From: Balanoglossus misakiensis | Lineage: Eukaryota > Animalia > Hemichordata | Length of the DNA stretch: 64,000 nucleotides | NCBI GenBank assembly: GCA_040954595.2 | Contig: CM082581.2 | Location: 12,584,286 to 12,648,285, forward strand | Direction: 5' to 3' | Shown here: in pieces, positions 13,001 through 27,330 of the stretch | Layout: the number at the start of each line of letters is the position of its first letter | Numbering within the stretch: position 1 is the stretch's first letter | Made by a program: the position numbers and the translations under genes | The notes under the pieces: model-generated | Seen by the model: the letters and a program-made list of their open reading frames with translations, nothing else | Told to the model about the DNA's origin: nothing | Databases searched by the model: none

Positions 13001-15576
13001 ATTACGCTAGATAGAGACGTGATTTTTTTCTGGAAACACCGAAATTGTGTTCATTCGATGAAGATGAGACGATACCTTTTACCTTTGAGAGTTCACGGTA
13101 CATGTTAGATTACCTAGGTAACTGCTTGTATTCTGATATGTGGTGTTCAAAGAATATTTTAAGTGATACAAAATGTCTACTTAATATATTCAATTACTAA
13201 TTTGAATTTCAAACTGATAAAAAATAAAGGCGCTCACCATTTCTCGCCTTAAAATACTCTACCGTATTTCATTGCATTATTCCCGCAGGTAAACATGAGG
13301 TTCTTAAACAAATACTTTGAGAAAATCCATGAGATTTCGGCAGGAATATGAGTGTCTGTTTCATTTTAATAGCGGAAAGTTCGGCGCCAGTAAAATTCAT
13401 TAGTTCAGTGAGAGAGATGATATGTAAGGAACACATTGGGAGTAACGTAAGATAACAACGGCAGCGACAGTGTTATCACTTTATTCGACGGTTGTCTTGA
13501 ATTTTCTAGTTTGTTGACGACGTTCAATACATCAGAAACGAATAATAATTACGCTTTAGATTTCCAAGTAGCTGTTTCTAAAGTTTCAAGTTGTTGTATG
13601 GGCTTGTCGATATATGTAAATTATATGCAAATATGGAAGCAAATTAAATGTAATCTTGCTATAGAAATTACTAATATTATTACAGATCCTGCGATAACTT
13701 CGATGGTTGGAAAGTGTGTCAGCTTGCCGTGTCGTTATGACTCTCCGGGTTCAAAGATCGCTCTTCAAAATATCGGATACCAAACTGATTCACAATCCAA
13801 TTACGCTATTGTGTTTACGTTCAGTTTCCATGTGCCCACGGCTACGACTTCCGATCCCTTAGTGTGTTTGTGAATATGTGAAATTCCCGTTTACATTTAA
13901 CTGCCGTGTTCGTAATCTTTCGAGTTTTAAACTTGAAATTGCTGTTTGAACTGGAGAATTGCAGCAGGGGTCGTGAAAGTTAACACGCGACGTCGCGAAT
14001 GCATTCGGACGATTTTGTGTCATTTCTTCCATGTGCGGCCCCGGTGCGCGCAGCCTACCACCCCCGCGCAGCTCAGTGCAAGGGCGTTTCATCGCGGCTT
14101 ATATACGTGTGTTTTGTCATTTTTTGAAGGCTGCGATAACAATAGCTGGACGGCGTCAACAAACTCCAGGCTTTTGTGAGTAAACATGAATGGATGTGAC
14201 GTTGTGCTTGCCTCTGGTCACTGAATTCCGCCAACAAAACTTTACAGGTTGTCAAGAGTCCAATACGTCTGTCACCATAAACACATCAACTGTAGGCTTG
14301 TAAACAGATCGGTATGGGGGATTTAAAGCTTATAGTATACAGCCAAACCGAGCCTCTCAGACTCATCCTTGTAACGAACGCACGTGAAAACAAACGCACG
14401 TGTGTGAATAGCGGTCATATCGTCACCACGACAGTTTTTTTGCTAAGTGTCCTAGCATCTGACGTGTGACTATATATAGCTTCGGGCAAGGTTGCTATCA
14501 CTCCCAATCCCTTTCCACCTTGAACTTGTCCGCACGCGAACAAAAAACGGTCTCAATCGGGATGCCTTGGACGTCACGTATTCAGTATTTATCGAATACG
14601 AGGTAAACAAGTCTCAAATTACCATGTGTTTTCACGAACCAAAACGATGTTACACGCCCCCTTTTTCACATTTTAAAACCAATAAGCACCTATATGGTGT
14701 GAATGAAGCTTCCTGGATACGTGTACCATCCAGAATATTAGAACAACAGTTGAACCCCCCCCCCCGGGTAACCGGACAACAGGAATTTACTGGTGGCCTT
14801 CTTAAAGAAGCAAAAGAAATTGTGATCTTTTGATATGAGCCTGTTAGTTTTTGTAAGTTTCGCGTGAGAAAGTGATTGGTGCTTTTCTGTCCGGTGAAAT
14901 GTTCTGAATCACCCGTTGTTGAAACGCTCCACCCTTATTGTGCTTGTATATCAATACTACAAATGACATAATTTAAAGTACGTGCCGCAAATCATGCCAT
15001 CAAATCATTTATGCAGTTTTCCCCACGCACCTCAGTTTCGGTCTGCGATTATGTGTTTTTTTTCTCAATAATAACAATAGTTATATTCAAAGATGGCAGC
15101 TTTCATACTTTCAAGACATCAGCCGAAATTATTACGAAAGTATTTCGCGACAGTGCCAAAATGGTTCCGCAAAAAATGTCGAGCCTCTACGTACAAAGGT
15201 TTGATCTATCCATGTATCAAAACCTGTTTTAATTTTGATTTCGTTAAAATTAAATCGTATTTCCCGTTTTGCTTGTTCACAGACATCAAGATGTTGAGAT
15301 CCTGTGTAATCCGACGAGATAAGCGGGTGAACTGGCTGCAGAAAACATTCTTGGTGGAATTTTGATAGCTCTTTCTACCCGGCGTAAGGAATTGGGCCAC
15401 GTTGGATGGTATGTAAATTTGAATGGAATTCCGCAAGAACACAGATGTTTAGTTTGACAGGCATGGTGATAGCGTTCTCTGAGTAAACACATTTTCCCAC
15501 AGTGTGTAACAGCAAGACGCACTACACACGCAGTTCCTTTCACGTCAACATCGCTTTTAACTGGGAGAGACGTCCT

Positions 15577-15614
<38 letters not shown>

Positions 15615-15648
15615 CGTCCGTCCGTCCGTCTGTCTGTCTGTCTGTCTG
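15577..15648. repeat. Compound tetranucleotide microsatellite (TCTG)n(TCCG)n(TCTG)n
   Basis: Directly visible tandem repeat. Confidence 0.97.
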
Positions 15649-18600
15649 CCTTGTTAGTCCATCTACTTGTTACACTTGATTTACACAAACGTGAAAATTG
15701 TATCCCCTTTTTACATTTTTAAACTTTATAATGTAACTTATTCATGCGTACTTTTTATTGCAATCACATCTCCTGAGTACAGTTCGACGGTCACACTATG
15801 TGGCCCCATAAAGATTACAGAGAGATAACCTCATGTGCATGTAATCCCCTTCAACGTCAACAAACGCATCTCGTATGGACTGGACACACATAAACACTAA
15901 TAGACACTATTAGTCAAAAAGATAGTCATTAGTCAGCTCTGCATCAAAGCTCGCGCAGGCGCTGTGTGTTCTCATCTGCCAAGGACGCCTTTCTCTCGCG
16001 AACACAGTAGAGACGCATCATCACTCTATGCTGTGTATGGACTGAAAGGAATTTTATTGTAAATATTGTTCAGGGCTCGGTTCCGCATCGAGCTAGCGAT
16101 GCTGCTCGATCTGTGCTCTCAGGATCAGCTCCTTTCAAAGTCGACGCGGCCATTAACGTTATAATGAGATTGATAGTTAAGCTTCCACAATGTCCCGACA
16201 AAAACTCTCAGCATGATTTCTATATAATTCCTTCGGCATCATATCATGTAAATCTCCTGCCAGTTTCGTGTCTCGTGATGACGATGATTATATTGTTATA
16301 AATGATTATTTTGCTGAAAGTTTAATATAACAGTTCTGTTATATGGCCAATGCTTATGTGATTCGTATTCTGATCCGGGACGTTTTATTCACAGATGAAA
16401 TTCCAAAATGGCTTTCTTGATTTATTAATTTTCAGAATTTTTGTGGAGTTATGAAAAACGTCATCATCGTCGTCGTCCATCACCACCATCACGTGGTATG
16501 ACATATACCGTTAAGTAACAGACACGTTTTTAGCACTTCGATTTACATTTTATTTAGCATGAAACGACATTTATTCGCTTGACACGCTGCCTTTCTGTCA
16601 TTTCTTTAAAAAAAAAGCGCTGGGTAATTGGTACAACTGGTCTTCTGGGACTCGGGGCATATTACTTGCACTGTGTGATTTCTATAAATAGCCATTTCGA
16701 CCATGCAGTATAAGTTGAAGAACGACTGGATCTAATCTGTTGAACCTTCAGTGCAATATTAATCATGTGGTGGCGTTGCAGTGCCATTAGTTGTCGACTT
16801 GTTTTTATTTTTGCATTTGAGCCATCTGATGCACTCCCCACGGGCTCGTAATGGACGGAAGCGACATAATGTGCAAGGAGGAGTTCCAGTTGGTACATTA
16901 TGGGGTTCAATCACGTGTTTGCGTTCATTGTCTGTCTGTGGAGAGGACATTTTTTTATAAGTCCCCGCAGACGAAGTCCGTGAGTTAAGGTTCTGTCTGT
17001 TTGTGTGTCTTCTGTGAGTAAGCCTACCATTTCTTCAAAAAGTACATTGGCCCTAAACGCAGGCGTGCAAGAAGTTTTTAAAGGATTTGATGTGAATGGG
17101 GACGTGCAGAAGTACATGTATATGCTTGTATTGGAAAAATTAAACTGCGAAGTGAATCAGAAGTAAGATGCATGGTTCTCTTACCAAGGCTGCTCGACCA
17201 TTCATCACACGACAGCCACCCATGCACGCAGCCGCAGTCACGACGATATCTAGCTGTGCTCGGTGAATCGTATCGTTGACAACGGGCGACGATTTTTGCC
17301 GGTTGGGCGATAAAATGTGTGCAGTTCACAGACATTAGTAGCAGCCCTTTATGAAGATAACTGTTTTAATTTATTGCGTGTTCTAATCCACAAATTTTCT
17401 CATTCTTGAAAACTTGCACGTTTTATTCCGATCAAAACGATGTAGCTCGTTATTTGGCGCATACAATGCATTTTCAGTAAGTTGTTATAATGGCATTTTG
17501 ACGACACCAACTTTGCCGTGTTCAATATTCTAATGGATTTGAATAATTTTGACGGAAGGCTTTTTAAACGTGCGTGAAAACTCTCTGCGCAACGTTTCTA
17601 CATGCCAAGGAGAGTAGTATTGCAACAGGGAGTCGTTGAACGCTGGAACGGTATTCACCAGACTTCTTTTTCTCCCGACATAATCTGAAAGTTGTTTGAA
17701 AAGATAGAGACCCTTTGTATTTACGCTGTAACTACTAAACCATGGATTCCCATAAGGACGCAACAACAACCGCTGCACAGGCTTATTTTACAGCAACATT
17801 AACGGGGGATATTTGATATTCGCTTCTGTCCAAATCCACGTAAAGCCGACGTGGACGCCACAACTGTTTATGCGAGAAACCGAGTGACGTTACAGCTGTC
17901 TGGTACACACGCTTGGTAGAATTCTCCACACCAGGTTTAATTCCCACCTGGGCACACTACTTTTTTTTCTCCTGAAAAGGCGTCTTTTGGCAACTGGCGC
18001 GTGTCAGTCACAGTTCGTTCCTATTGACTGGGCAGCTGTCTGAAGCCAATTTTACACTATTTTTACGACTTTCGTTTTATGATTACAGGAAGCGTAATAT
18101 TTATTTCGCGCGTTGCAGATTGCATTTGTGCTGTAATTCCGGGTTTTCTACACGTAGATAGATATCTTCCCGGTTGCTTTTTGGATTTGATGGCGATTGG
18201 ATCTCTGTGTTATAAATTTGGTAAACGATTTTGCTCTGCTCCCCACCCGATAATAAGTTCGTTTGATCATTTCATAACCTCCCTGCAAAAAAGAGGGTTA
18301 CCAGACGTTTCTTCTAATTTTAGACCAATTCATTTTGTTTGCAGACAAAACGCATTAAACATCCTAACGGCCCGCAGGTGTGGTATCTATACGGAAACAA
18401 GCTTTTTTAATGTAGTGGGTTGTGTCCTTTGCATAAACAAGCTCAGTCGACTGGATCAAGAATATTAATATGTCGGCAGTTTATTTTTGACCGAAGATGT
18501 GTGAGACAATTTTTCCCTTGATATGTCGTTGGTTTAGAGACTCTGTCGAGTGTAGCTCACATGTGCGTGATCGGTGAAGTCTTCCTCATATTGACCGTTA

Positions 18601-21600
18601 GTTTGGAATACTTTAACTTAGATCACTCCAGAGCCAGTCTCTTTCCAGGATCAAGATTTATCTGTGTGGCTGTGGAAGTGGCAGGACAACTGGTCATTCT
18701 TGGAGTGATTAAGGGGAGAGAGGCTGGGGTCACGTGTTACGCGCCGTGTAAACGATTACGGATGTCGTCTTGGCTAACCGGGATGCGCCAAGCGGAATGT
18801 CAAATTCTGTATCCCTGGGCCAGGGCGGAGTGAGCATCGTTTCCTGTGCAGGGATTATATAGGCTATCCTGTTTTTCTGGTGCTGCGTTTAATGGTGATC
18901 TCTTTGTCGTGTGACTAAAATATCACAGTAGTTCCTCAAAAAGAATAAATAGCAGTCATACATATAGACACACGTCAGATTAGATGAGATCTCAGCATCT
19001 TGATGTCTTTGAACCGAGCCAACAGTTTCATTTTAACAAACTCAAACCTAAAACAGATTCTGATACTAGTTTAGCAAGGCGTGGTATTTTACGCTCTGAT
19101 TCAGATGGCCGAAAATAGAAATTGAGACACGGGGAAATTAAAAGAGTATTTCATCAAAGAGTTGAAAGTTAATATGCAATTGACTATTCTTCGTTCAAAT
19201 CGATTACTGCTTTCTTAGACAAGGTAATAATAGTAGTCAAAGGGAATTCAGAGGTAAGCATGCCATAACGGCCATGGGACAAATTGACTTACTATACGGT
19301 TGATTTAATGGTACAATATAAAGCTTTACAGTAATGACATTTGACTTAGAATAAAAGGAGACAAGATAAAAACAAGGCATAAAATGGGATTATATCTATC
19401 ATTTCAGACCATAGCACAGATGTCCCAGAGGTCATCGCTCTCAATTTACTTTACTGTCCGACGACCTTAAACGTTTGAACCAATGATGACAATCTTTGCC
19501 CACCAAGTTTTACGTTTGCCCGTTCTTATATTTGGTAAGATTTAATTTCAATGACATCGATAAATGTGATCTAAAGTTGTCGTCGAGGTAACATGTATTA
19601 TAGCGAGAAATGCCAATGGAACGAAGAACAAAATCAATTCTATTTTGTTAATGAAAGCATTCCCTTTAGGTCAATGGCAATGTAATAGCTAGAGACGGGA
19701 CCTAGAGAAACGGAGATAGGGATAGACGGTGTGTCGGTCGGTCAAGCAGACAGGCAGACAGACATAAAACCCAAGAGAGACAATCTAGAAGAGAACAGGA
19801 AGATTTCGACAGAACTAGACACCGAGAAACAGAGTGACTCAACCTTCCATCCATACCATCATGAAATTTAATCTTAATTTATTACCATCGTAACAAATGT
19901 CTCACTGTCTCCGTCGCTGAAAGAAAATTCCAAAGAAAACCGTGCAGACTGACGGAAGAGGGAAGCATATAGGGTGTTTTATAAAATATGGCCAATTCGA
20001 GTACCCCCGTCGCCCACCCATGATGATTTCTGAGAGGTCCCTAATGTGCCATGTCGTTTACGATGAATATGCGAATTAAAACTTTGCTTTCGAAATGTTC
20101 TATCTTAAATTATGCAGACCGAAGAAATATTTCATGCAAGCACACGAAAATACTGGGTCACTGTATATTTTGTATCTGATTATTAAGGAAAAATATAAAA
20201 AAAAATGTTAAGATTTTCGGCAAGCGGTAGTAAAATATACGGGCAGAATAGTAATAAATTTACCGTCGTTTTAAAAGCTCATTTATTAGACGTCAAAGTT
20301 TCATGCTGAACGAGATAGAGCCAAAGCATTATATTTTATCAGGATATCAGCTACATGGTAATTTCCGGTTGCCATGACAATGAAAAACTGATCCGCGGTA
20401 CACACCAAGACGTTGCACAAAAAAGAGCGCCAAACCCTGTCATTGGAGATTGGATAATTTAAGTGCTGTTTTGTTAATACTGTTTTACTATTTGATCGCT
20501 TCGGTTTCAGGAGAAATTGGGATGTCTTTCCCGTCTTTAGTTTCTTATGGTTTCAGGTAATACTGGCAATAAAATGTCTTGTGGGTGATTACGCCGCCTT
20601 TCCTTATTGCAACTTTCATTTCCCGGTCCGAACACCTGGTGTTTTCAGCAAATTGAAATGGCAAATAAAATGATGTCTTTTTTGTCAGACGAGCACATCG
20701 ACATTGGCGAGGAGAATTCCATCGGCGTGGGTCGCCTCGCTTGTCAGTTTGTTATAAATCAAAAGTCAAAGTGATAAGTGATTGAAATTTTAATGCCGTA
20801 ATGTATTCTTCTTTTCACAGGAATCACGGAGTAGACCTATACATCACTCGTGTTTGCTGATTTCCTTTGTATATAGTAGCGCTCAGCTCAATTTGAGAGT
20901 TAAAGACATATTGCGTTTTGTGAAAGGGAAATATCAAAAATACGTTAGACCATGCTGTTTATAGCTTCTACTCGATGTGTGAAGCTTGATTTGTTCTTTT
21001 GTGCTTTTTGACATCCGGGTTGCTGTCTCTAGCGGTGTGCCTGAATGCGCACCATGATCAGAAGTCTTTCTGAAGTGAAGTATATGTCATAGAGAACCGT
21101 TTACATCAGAACGTTGCATCAGACAATTTCTATCTTTACGTTCATCATAAAAAAACACCCCTCCCTGATAGGTGAACAGAATTGCTGCAGTCTCATTTAC
21201 TGTAAATGGCGCTGCCATGTCAAGTATTGAGAGCGTATATTCCGTGCATAACGATGTTGAACCCGTTCGCCAAGGGTGATGTGCATTCTCGTGGCATTGG
21301 CTCCGTGGTCGTAAAAAACAATGCGTACAGCACAATCTCTGCAGCAGTAATAAAAACAGAAATTAAGCAACCGACAGCGCAGCTGATCAGAACCGATAGG
21401 AACGCGCTTAACTCAAAGTTGTGTTCCAGAACTCCAGTCTCAGGACAAACAGCTATTTATAACAATTACTCCATTCATGTCTGATCGGAGCTAATCTGCG
21501 CACGCGGAGGAGAAATATTGGAAAATTCAAAGTGCAAAATACATACTTAGAATTTGAATGATGAATAATTGACGGTACCGGGAAGGGGAAAATGCATAAA

Positions 21601-24600
21601 GAATAAATCTGAAGGAGTCCTGCCACGGACATATGATTTGTGAAGCCCTGAGGGAGCGACAGAATCTTTATCTGTCGTAACGAGAAAGTAATATAGCTGA
21701 AGACACATTGTGAAATTTAAAGAGACAATAGCAGTAATATTATGAATTATTTTTTTCACCATTCCTGTTCTGTGAATCAGATGACGATGCATGTTCTTCT
21801 CTCTACGACATGTTAGAGCATCCTGCAAGCAGTTTGCAATTGCGGTCTCTGCAGGTGAAGCATGGGGATATATACGTATAGTTGTCATCGTAAATTGACC
21901 CAAATTCAATTTTCGATAGTAATAACACACATTACACGGTGTTTGGCGCGTAATCAACGCCAAGATTCGAGACGCACATTTCTGACATTCCAAGTCGCAT
22001 TTTCGACTACAGCGGCTAATACATTGACTGGGCAGACAGTGGCTGTTTCAAGTCGATCATGTCTGAGAGAGTATAGTACAAGAAGATTTGATACACTGAA
22101 CGATACCGGTATAAAGAATATTATATAATTTATGTGTGTATATGTATCATGTGTATGTCTGTCTGTCTGGGTTGGTTTCAATTATGATCATAATCTCCCA
22201 AACCATTACATCAGCATATAACCTCTATAGTTTTATTAATTGACTACGACATATCAGATTCTATGTCTGACCAAACGATAACTGTCTCATGTCCACTGGC
22301 ACTGACTTCGTTATCAACTACATGTACATTGTATATATGAACTAAGTAGACGCGGAAAGGTTTTCAAGGATTGTTCATTATAAAGGTTGGGTCTTGCTTC
22401 TTGGCTGATCAGACTCTCAAAAGAATAATATTTCGACATGAGGCAAGCATCAAGTCAAATGGATAAGATGAGTTCCATACTTTTGCATTCTCAGGGAACT
22501 CCACTCACCAGTGGACAAATCTGTCGTAATAACACACAATTCCCTAAACCCACATGAATCATCCTGCAAGGGTCGAGTAACGGCAGTAATCGTTAGTGAA
22601 GTTGATGGCTGGCTTGTTAGAAACACAACCCTCTGTCTCTGACGCAAACATTCATTTCTTGTGTGTCTCTTTCTATTTTTAAGGAGGACATCAGTGGTCG
22701 AGCTGCGTTTGGATATTATCCCCGAGGGGCCGAAAAGCACGTGCTCAGTTTACAACTGAATCTCCGGAAGAGCGTGGACAGACATACAGATCGAGGCGAG
22801 ATACTCTTTTCTCTTTTATTTTTTTCTGCCTTGTTAACTTTCAACCACAAATCGATTATGGTTACGGTAGTGTCAAAGTACGGTTAGGAATTCGCGCCAT
22901 AAAAATAGGAAAATAGAAATGTGTAACATTTTTGTGGCAGATTGCCAATAGGCATCGACAGTTCATATATTCTTAAAACACATGCTCAGTAAGTGACAAG
23001 AGTCACTCAGTAGCCGAACATGACCTTTAATGACCCAGTTAATCCAACATTGGTTGTTGAACTTAAAATCAAATGTCCCTCGACAATTCGGAGTCGAGAC
23101 TTGGGCCCGGGAGCACATTCTCTACATTCATCTCGCCAGTCGGGCAGACTAAACATTGAAGCAACTGGCTCTCGCTCATCTGAAATCTTCAAAGTGTTAG
23201 AAAAAGCGTAGGAGTTAGAGCCGATACTTCAGTGTATACACAGAAGGGAGATGGATTGGTGGTGTGTGAACGCTCTGTTCAACCCCACAGAACAGAAGAC
23301 CAGGAAGGTAATGGTCCCCTAGTTGAATCGAGTGGAATTGATTGGTGGTTTTTCAGTACATACATACATGTCGACAACATAACGTAAGGCGGATGGACAA
23401 GGTCAAAATGCATAATGATTATTTATCCGGCAACTTGTTGATTCCAGTGTAATACCTTCGATCAGTCCCTTGGAGAACTTTATGGAAGTCCTCGTGAATC
23501 AGGCGACTCTCTTCTGTGTCCGTGATTCACAGAACCATTATATAGTTGTGACGTTGACATATTTGTCCTTTCAATTCAACTGTCTCTGTTATTGAAAATA
23601 ATCGGCGTGTCTGCAGATCAAGCTTCCACGCACTCCATCATTCTCCAACTTGATGTAATGATATACCAATCGGTATAGCCAATCCTGGTCGAGCTGTACT
23701 TTTCCACTGTTTCAAACTGCGCCAGCCACGCCCCAGAAGCGTGCCACATAATGTTGCGTCGCTTCTGTTTCATGTCTGGAATTCACCAATCCGTGCACGT
23801 GATGTTGTGAAACGTCACGCTATGTTGTAACGTTTTCCCCGCTTCTTATGATTTCACTAGGCTTTAAAATAATTTTGGGTCAAAAATTCAATGCAAAATC
23901 ACATGCCCTGGAAACCTGAACTGTTTCGAGAATTCAACATCTGTTCTACATCACACAAGAAAAAATATAAAGGGTGACATAATCCACGCATAATCAGGTA
24001 TAATGTAAAGGAACGCATGCGTAGTGTGTATATGGTGGTATCGTGCATTTTACAAGGTCTGCGCATTCGGCGTGACGATCACTTAATAAACGATTGCATT
24101 TCATTGGAAATATAAACGTTCACTCGTAAAGGCAATCGTCAAATTAATGTGCGAAAGCCAGCTCCTATTTCATGCGCGCCGAATCTCGCGTCCATGACAG
24201 CGAGAGTGGTTCGCCGCCATTTTGATGGCCCCTGCCATCGTCTGGCTCCGGTTTCTTCCTGTGGGTGAATCCTCGGTTTCCGCACTTTCTCTTTTCGCTC
24301 GGCGTGGAATGAGTGACAGCGCCGAGGGAATGGGGAACGCGACGAGTGATTCTTGCCGCCGAGGTTGAGGCTTTGCCGCCTGAGTGTCAGAATGATGAAA
24401 TCAAACCAGTTGAGAGATTTTTATTAAAGGGGCGATTTGACCAAACCACTACAATCAATACGACCGATTAACCATGTAACCCTTTAATTTATATTCCCGT
24501 GATTATGAACTTTAGAAACGCGAGACTGCGACAGTTGATTGATAAGGCCTCTCTATTTCAAAACGAGACAGCTTTATAATGCGACAGATTAAATCAAAAC

Positions 24601-25111
24601 CTTTATTCAAATATGATTAATAATACACTGAAAAATTGTCATAACCTGGTGAATTCGGCGAGTCAAGCGACTTGTTTGCTGACGCCAGAAAGCAAAATTT
24701 TCTTTGTCTGCGGCTGTGAGCAGCTGCCGCCCCACCGTGTGTAGTAATTCATATTTTCATTTCTAAACAAAGCTTAACGTTTTTAATGGCCATTTAACGA
24801 TTTGAAATTCCGTACCCACAGACTTTACGATTGAAATTTGAAACATTTCCGCGTCAATATTTCTGGGAAATTTACTGTTTTGCGGATTTTATTCGATAGC
24901 TGTAAAGTTTATGATAAGTGCGTGTTTATAGATTTCTTTCGGTGTACTTTGAGCCATCTCGTCAACTCTGACGTGTGTATTGATGAAACAAAAGACATTC
25001 TTGTCTGTTGAATTTCACAGAATATCTGACATTAGTAGGTCAAGTGAGCTGTAATGTGATATAATGTGAAAAATGTTCTTGTTACAGTAATGATATTAGG
25101 TGTGATTGTAT

Positions 25112-25162
25112 TATGATGATGGTGGTGGTGGTGGTGGTAGTAGTGGTGGTGGAGGTGGTAGT
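25112..25162. repeat. Imperfect trinucleotide microsatellite (GAT)n(GGT)n
   Basis: Directly visible; it explains the poly-Gly and poly-Thr ORFs at 25.1-25.3 kb. Confidence 0.9.
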
Positions 25163-27200
25163 ACAGGTAGAACCGAGATTGAAGGTTTGATAACGTTTAC
25201 TGCTGCGAAAGTCGTCATGCATGTACCGAGGCAGGTTGCCATGGCGAGCTATCTGACAAACAGATCTGATAAGGAACTTAATCAGACAACTGCATAGAAC
25301 GTGCAATCATCCAAGAACATAAAGTAAGTGCAAATCACAAGGTGACCGATTAAGTATGTGTATAAAAACGAAACGAAACTCAAATAAAAAATAAATCAGT
25401 TATCTGTTATTTTCATTGCTGAACGCAGCGAGCATAATCACTTCCCTGTTCTGTATTTTAGCCTGAAGTCATCTTTTCCACAGTCCCTCTTTCCGCTTGT
25501 ATTACTCTGACACAGCAGAAGCAGTCGGGTTCACACAAACAAATCACCGCTGGAAGGCTATGCCAGTTTTCAATCCACACTCTGGCCATTGATTATTTCC
25601 TTTGACGTCCGTTCCTGAATTTTGAAGTGATAAAAGAAATATCGGAGTCGTCATCCACAACTAAGTAGGCTTGTTCAGTTAATCAGATAACAAAGAAGAC
25701 AGCTGTGATCGCCGTTTTTTATTGTCGTTAATCGGGAAAAACTTTCACGACGCCGGGTTTGTAATTTACCAAGGTGTATTACACGGGATTGGTTTACCTT
25801 CGAGGCCTATTGCGCATGATCATATGGAGTGAAATCATCTTCGGGTTTGTTCTAGTCATTCTAATTGACAGCGAGGCATTTATTCGCCGGAACGTGATAT
25901 AATACGGCCTGTCCCGCGGCGTTGGCGGTTAATTTCTCTACTCTGTCACCGACAGTCAATCTATAGGCTATAGGTGCAGACATGATGCTTGCAATTCAAA
26001 GCGCGAATTTCTCCGATGCTTTTGACAGATTAACAGCTACTGTTACGCTGCAATGCATGGCAATCCCCACGACTTGATATCTTCTCATAGTTGCGCACAC
26101 ATTTCAAAATTGGCGGCTCTCTACCCAATTCTCGGAATTCTTCACCCATGGCCGCTTCATAGCTCAGCCAAAATGATGGCCAGGTGACATTTCGAGTTAA
26201 TCATCGCCCAAACTTAGTGGAAATCTAAAACCAGACCAAACAGTGATATCTTTAAAAACAACCGCCCACTTTTGATTTTGCAATGTAAACTATACACAGG
26301 TTAGTGGGAATACTGTTCTCTCGCTCATACTACAAGTTTCAGGGGTCAAACACCTGTTCGTTCGACTGTCGTCAGTGTGAGAATAAATTTCCTCTCTCCA
26401 AACTTGTATAATGATTTTCGACGAGCCGATGGTAGTGTAATGGAAATAAAGAGCGAGATGCTAACAATAAATAGGACAAACACTTTGATTTATGGGCGAC
26501 AGAAAACCCCAAATTAACTAACCAGGCGTAAACTTTTGACACGTCTCTCGCCCTTTAAACAATACTGGTCAGGACATTTGACCCCCTATCGCCAGAGTAC
26601 TGAACGGAACGTAACTGGCGCCACTTCAGCATCTTCAAGAGGTATTAGTGATCGTCTTGCTTGACTTGTGAACTGTGAAGGTTAATTCACGTCTCAAATC
26701 GGTTCAGAAAGATATACCCTTTGGATATCGTAGGATTCCACTGCACGGAACAACTTAACAGTATGCTCACATGAGCAACAATCGCTGGGATGTAGCTGGG
26801 AACGAGGATAATTACGCGATCTTCCGAAGCAACATCATCGCGCGCTCACCTGGGATAGAAAGACGCAGAAAACACTGGGTGTGATAAATTGGATGTTTTG
26901 ATCGGCGATGTGAAATGAAGAAATGGCCTAAGTATATATATGAAAGGTGACGTTCCCTTCAGGAATTGTAATAAACGAAGTGATGCGGCGTATAATTACT
27001 TGGATGAACTGGTAAAGGCGTCTCGATGAATTGTAATTTTGCGATTAACAATTTATAAAATATCATTGTGCAACTTCTTCCAAACATCGCTTTATCTGAT
27101 TTTCCGGCGGTGCTTCGCCTGCATAAATGTAAATTGACGCCATCTTCTGACATGATTGAAAATCGCCGCCGTGACTCGCGTCAAATCGTCTGTCGTGTTT

Positions 27201-27330
27201 GGCAAATGCCTAGTTTTCGTATCAATCGAGATGAATCTCGTAATTTTTTCGCGATAAGCCGTTTCATCGCCTTATCTCGATCGCGGCGTATTCACCCGCG
27301 ATCGCAAAGATACGCGTCTTGACGTGTATC
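27201..27330. other. Compact array of adjacent short inverted repeats (possible structured RNA/DNA element)
   Basis: Five abutting stems: GGCA/TGCC 27201-27210; CGAGAT/ATCTCG 27227-27240; TCGCGATAAG/CTTATCTCGA 27249-27280; CGATCGCGG/CCGCGATCG 27278-27304; GATACGCGTC/GACGTGTATC 27309-27330. Confidence 0.5.

Noticed and set aside
23040-23372. Possible SINE ending in a short (TACA)n tail
   Set aside because: No clear A/B boxes, TSD or second copy in the window.
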